Origin: a virus
IMG/VR virus record: IMGVR_UViG_3300044977_000094
Span: 1-64,000 of that record
Direction: 5' to 3' (one strand)
Length of the DNA stretch: 64,000 bases
Below the pieces are notes generated by a model. That model was not told the DNA's origin. It made no database searches and was given only the letters and a program-made list of their open reading frames with translations. Both the position numbers and the translations under genes were made by a program. Shown piece by piece: positions 63,602-64,000 of the stretch; the first letter of the stretch is position 1, and the number at the start of each line of letters is the position of its first letter.

Positions 63602-64000
63602 CTATGAGAGTGCGGCCCAGAAGGCGTTGCTGGAGCCGGCGAGGGTGCCGTAGGTGCCGGGCATGGCGGTCGTCAGGCTGCCGGTGCTGGTGGCGTAGCG
63701 GCTGTTCGTGGCAGTCAGGCCGGTGTTGACGATGCTGAACCCGGAGACGGCCTTCGCGAAGGTCGGCAGCGTCGAGCCGTTCGCGAAGAAGGCGATGTAG
63801 TAGTCGCCTGCGGCGAGGTTGGTCTGCGTCGTGGTCAGCGCCATGACCTTGGTGCCGGTGCTGGTCCAGGCCGTGGACTGGTCTGCTGTGCCGGACAGCA
63901 GGGTGCCGCCGGAGGTGTAGAGCCCGGCGAAGCACTCGTTTGTGGTGAGGCTGACGCCGGTCACGGACTGGACGAACACGACGACGTTGGTGACGGTCGC
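63602..64000 (-). CDS. C-terminal part of a tailspike-like protein (5' end outside the window)
   Basis: TADQ..ALT..G.YY motif shared with the C-terminus of 39058-40992. Confidence 0.6.
   Translation of the reverse strand, partial: ATVTNVVVFVQSVTGVSLTTNECFAGLYTSGGTLLSGTADQSTAWTSTGTKVMALTTTQTNLAAGDYYIAFFANGSTLPTFAKAVSGFSIVNTGLTATNSRYATSTGSLTTAMPGTYGTLAGSSNAFWAALS

Larger units (their letters stand above)
1..64000. mobile_element. Temperate actinobacteriophage (siphovirus) genome segment; both ends extend beyond the window
   Basis: Complete head, tail and lysis modules, integrase, repressor/cro and replication genes; no host genes; high GC. Confidence 0.95.

Noticed and set aside
1-64000. CRISPR array, tRNA/rRNA genes, reverse transcriptase or DGR
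   Set aside because: No regularly spaced repeat-spacer units, cloverleaf structures or RT motifs were seen by eye; a tRNAscan/CRISPR scan would be needed to exclude them fully

Overview
The whole window is phage DNA from a high-GC temperate siphovirus of a Streptomycetaceae-like actinobacterium; no host housekeeping genes are visible. Read on the minus strand it has the usual order: terS, terL, portal, minor capsid, scaffold, major capsid, head-tail genes, major tail, frameshifting tail chaperones, tape measure, minor tails, beta-helix tailspike and lysis region (63.6 to 34.6 kb). An accessory block follows (XRE/DUF397 pair, TTA-codon genes), then an apparently intact attP carrying the 3' end of a host acyl-CoA dehydrogenase gene, a tyrosine integrase and a repressor/cro switch. 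A long early operon runs from 28.2 to 8.2 kb (xis-like, YqaJ, ERF, BRO, HU, SSB, initiator with internal iterons, helicase). Five things stand out. (1) A translationally coupled PLD + VIT1/CCC1 + low-affinity iron-permease-like trio sits inside the lysis region beside a papain-like protease. (2) A second, convergent early module at 1-8 kb has its own cro-like gene, operators, antirepressor and iteron-bearing initiator, and meets the first at a 16-bp perfect inverted repeat. (3) A LexA-like box and two PafBC-like DNA-damage promoters lie at the convergent junctions. (4) Several Cys-rich mini-proteins are present. (5) Structural domains are reused across the virion genes. All family assignments come from motif recognition by eye, not database searches.
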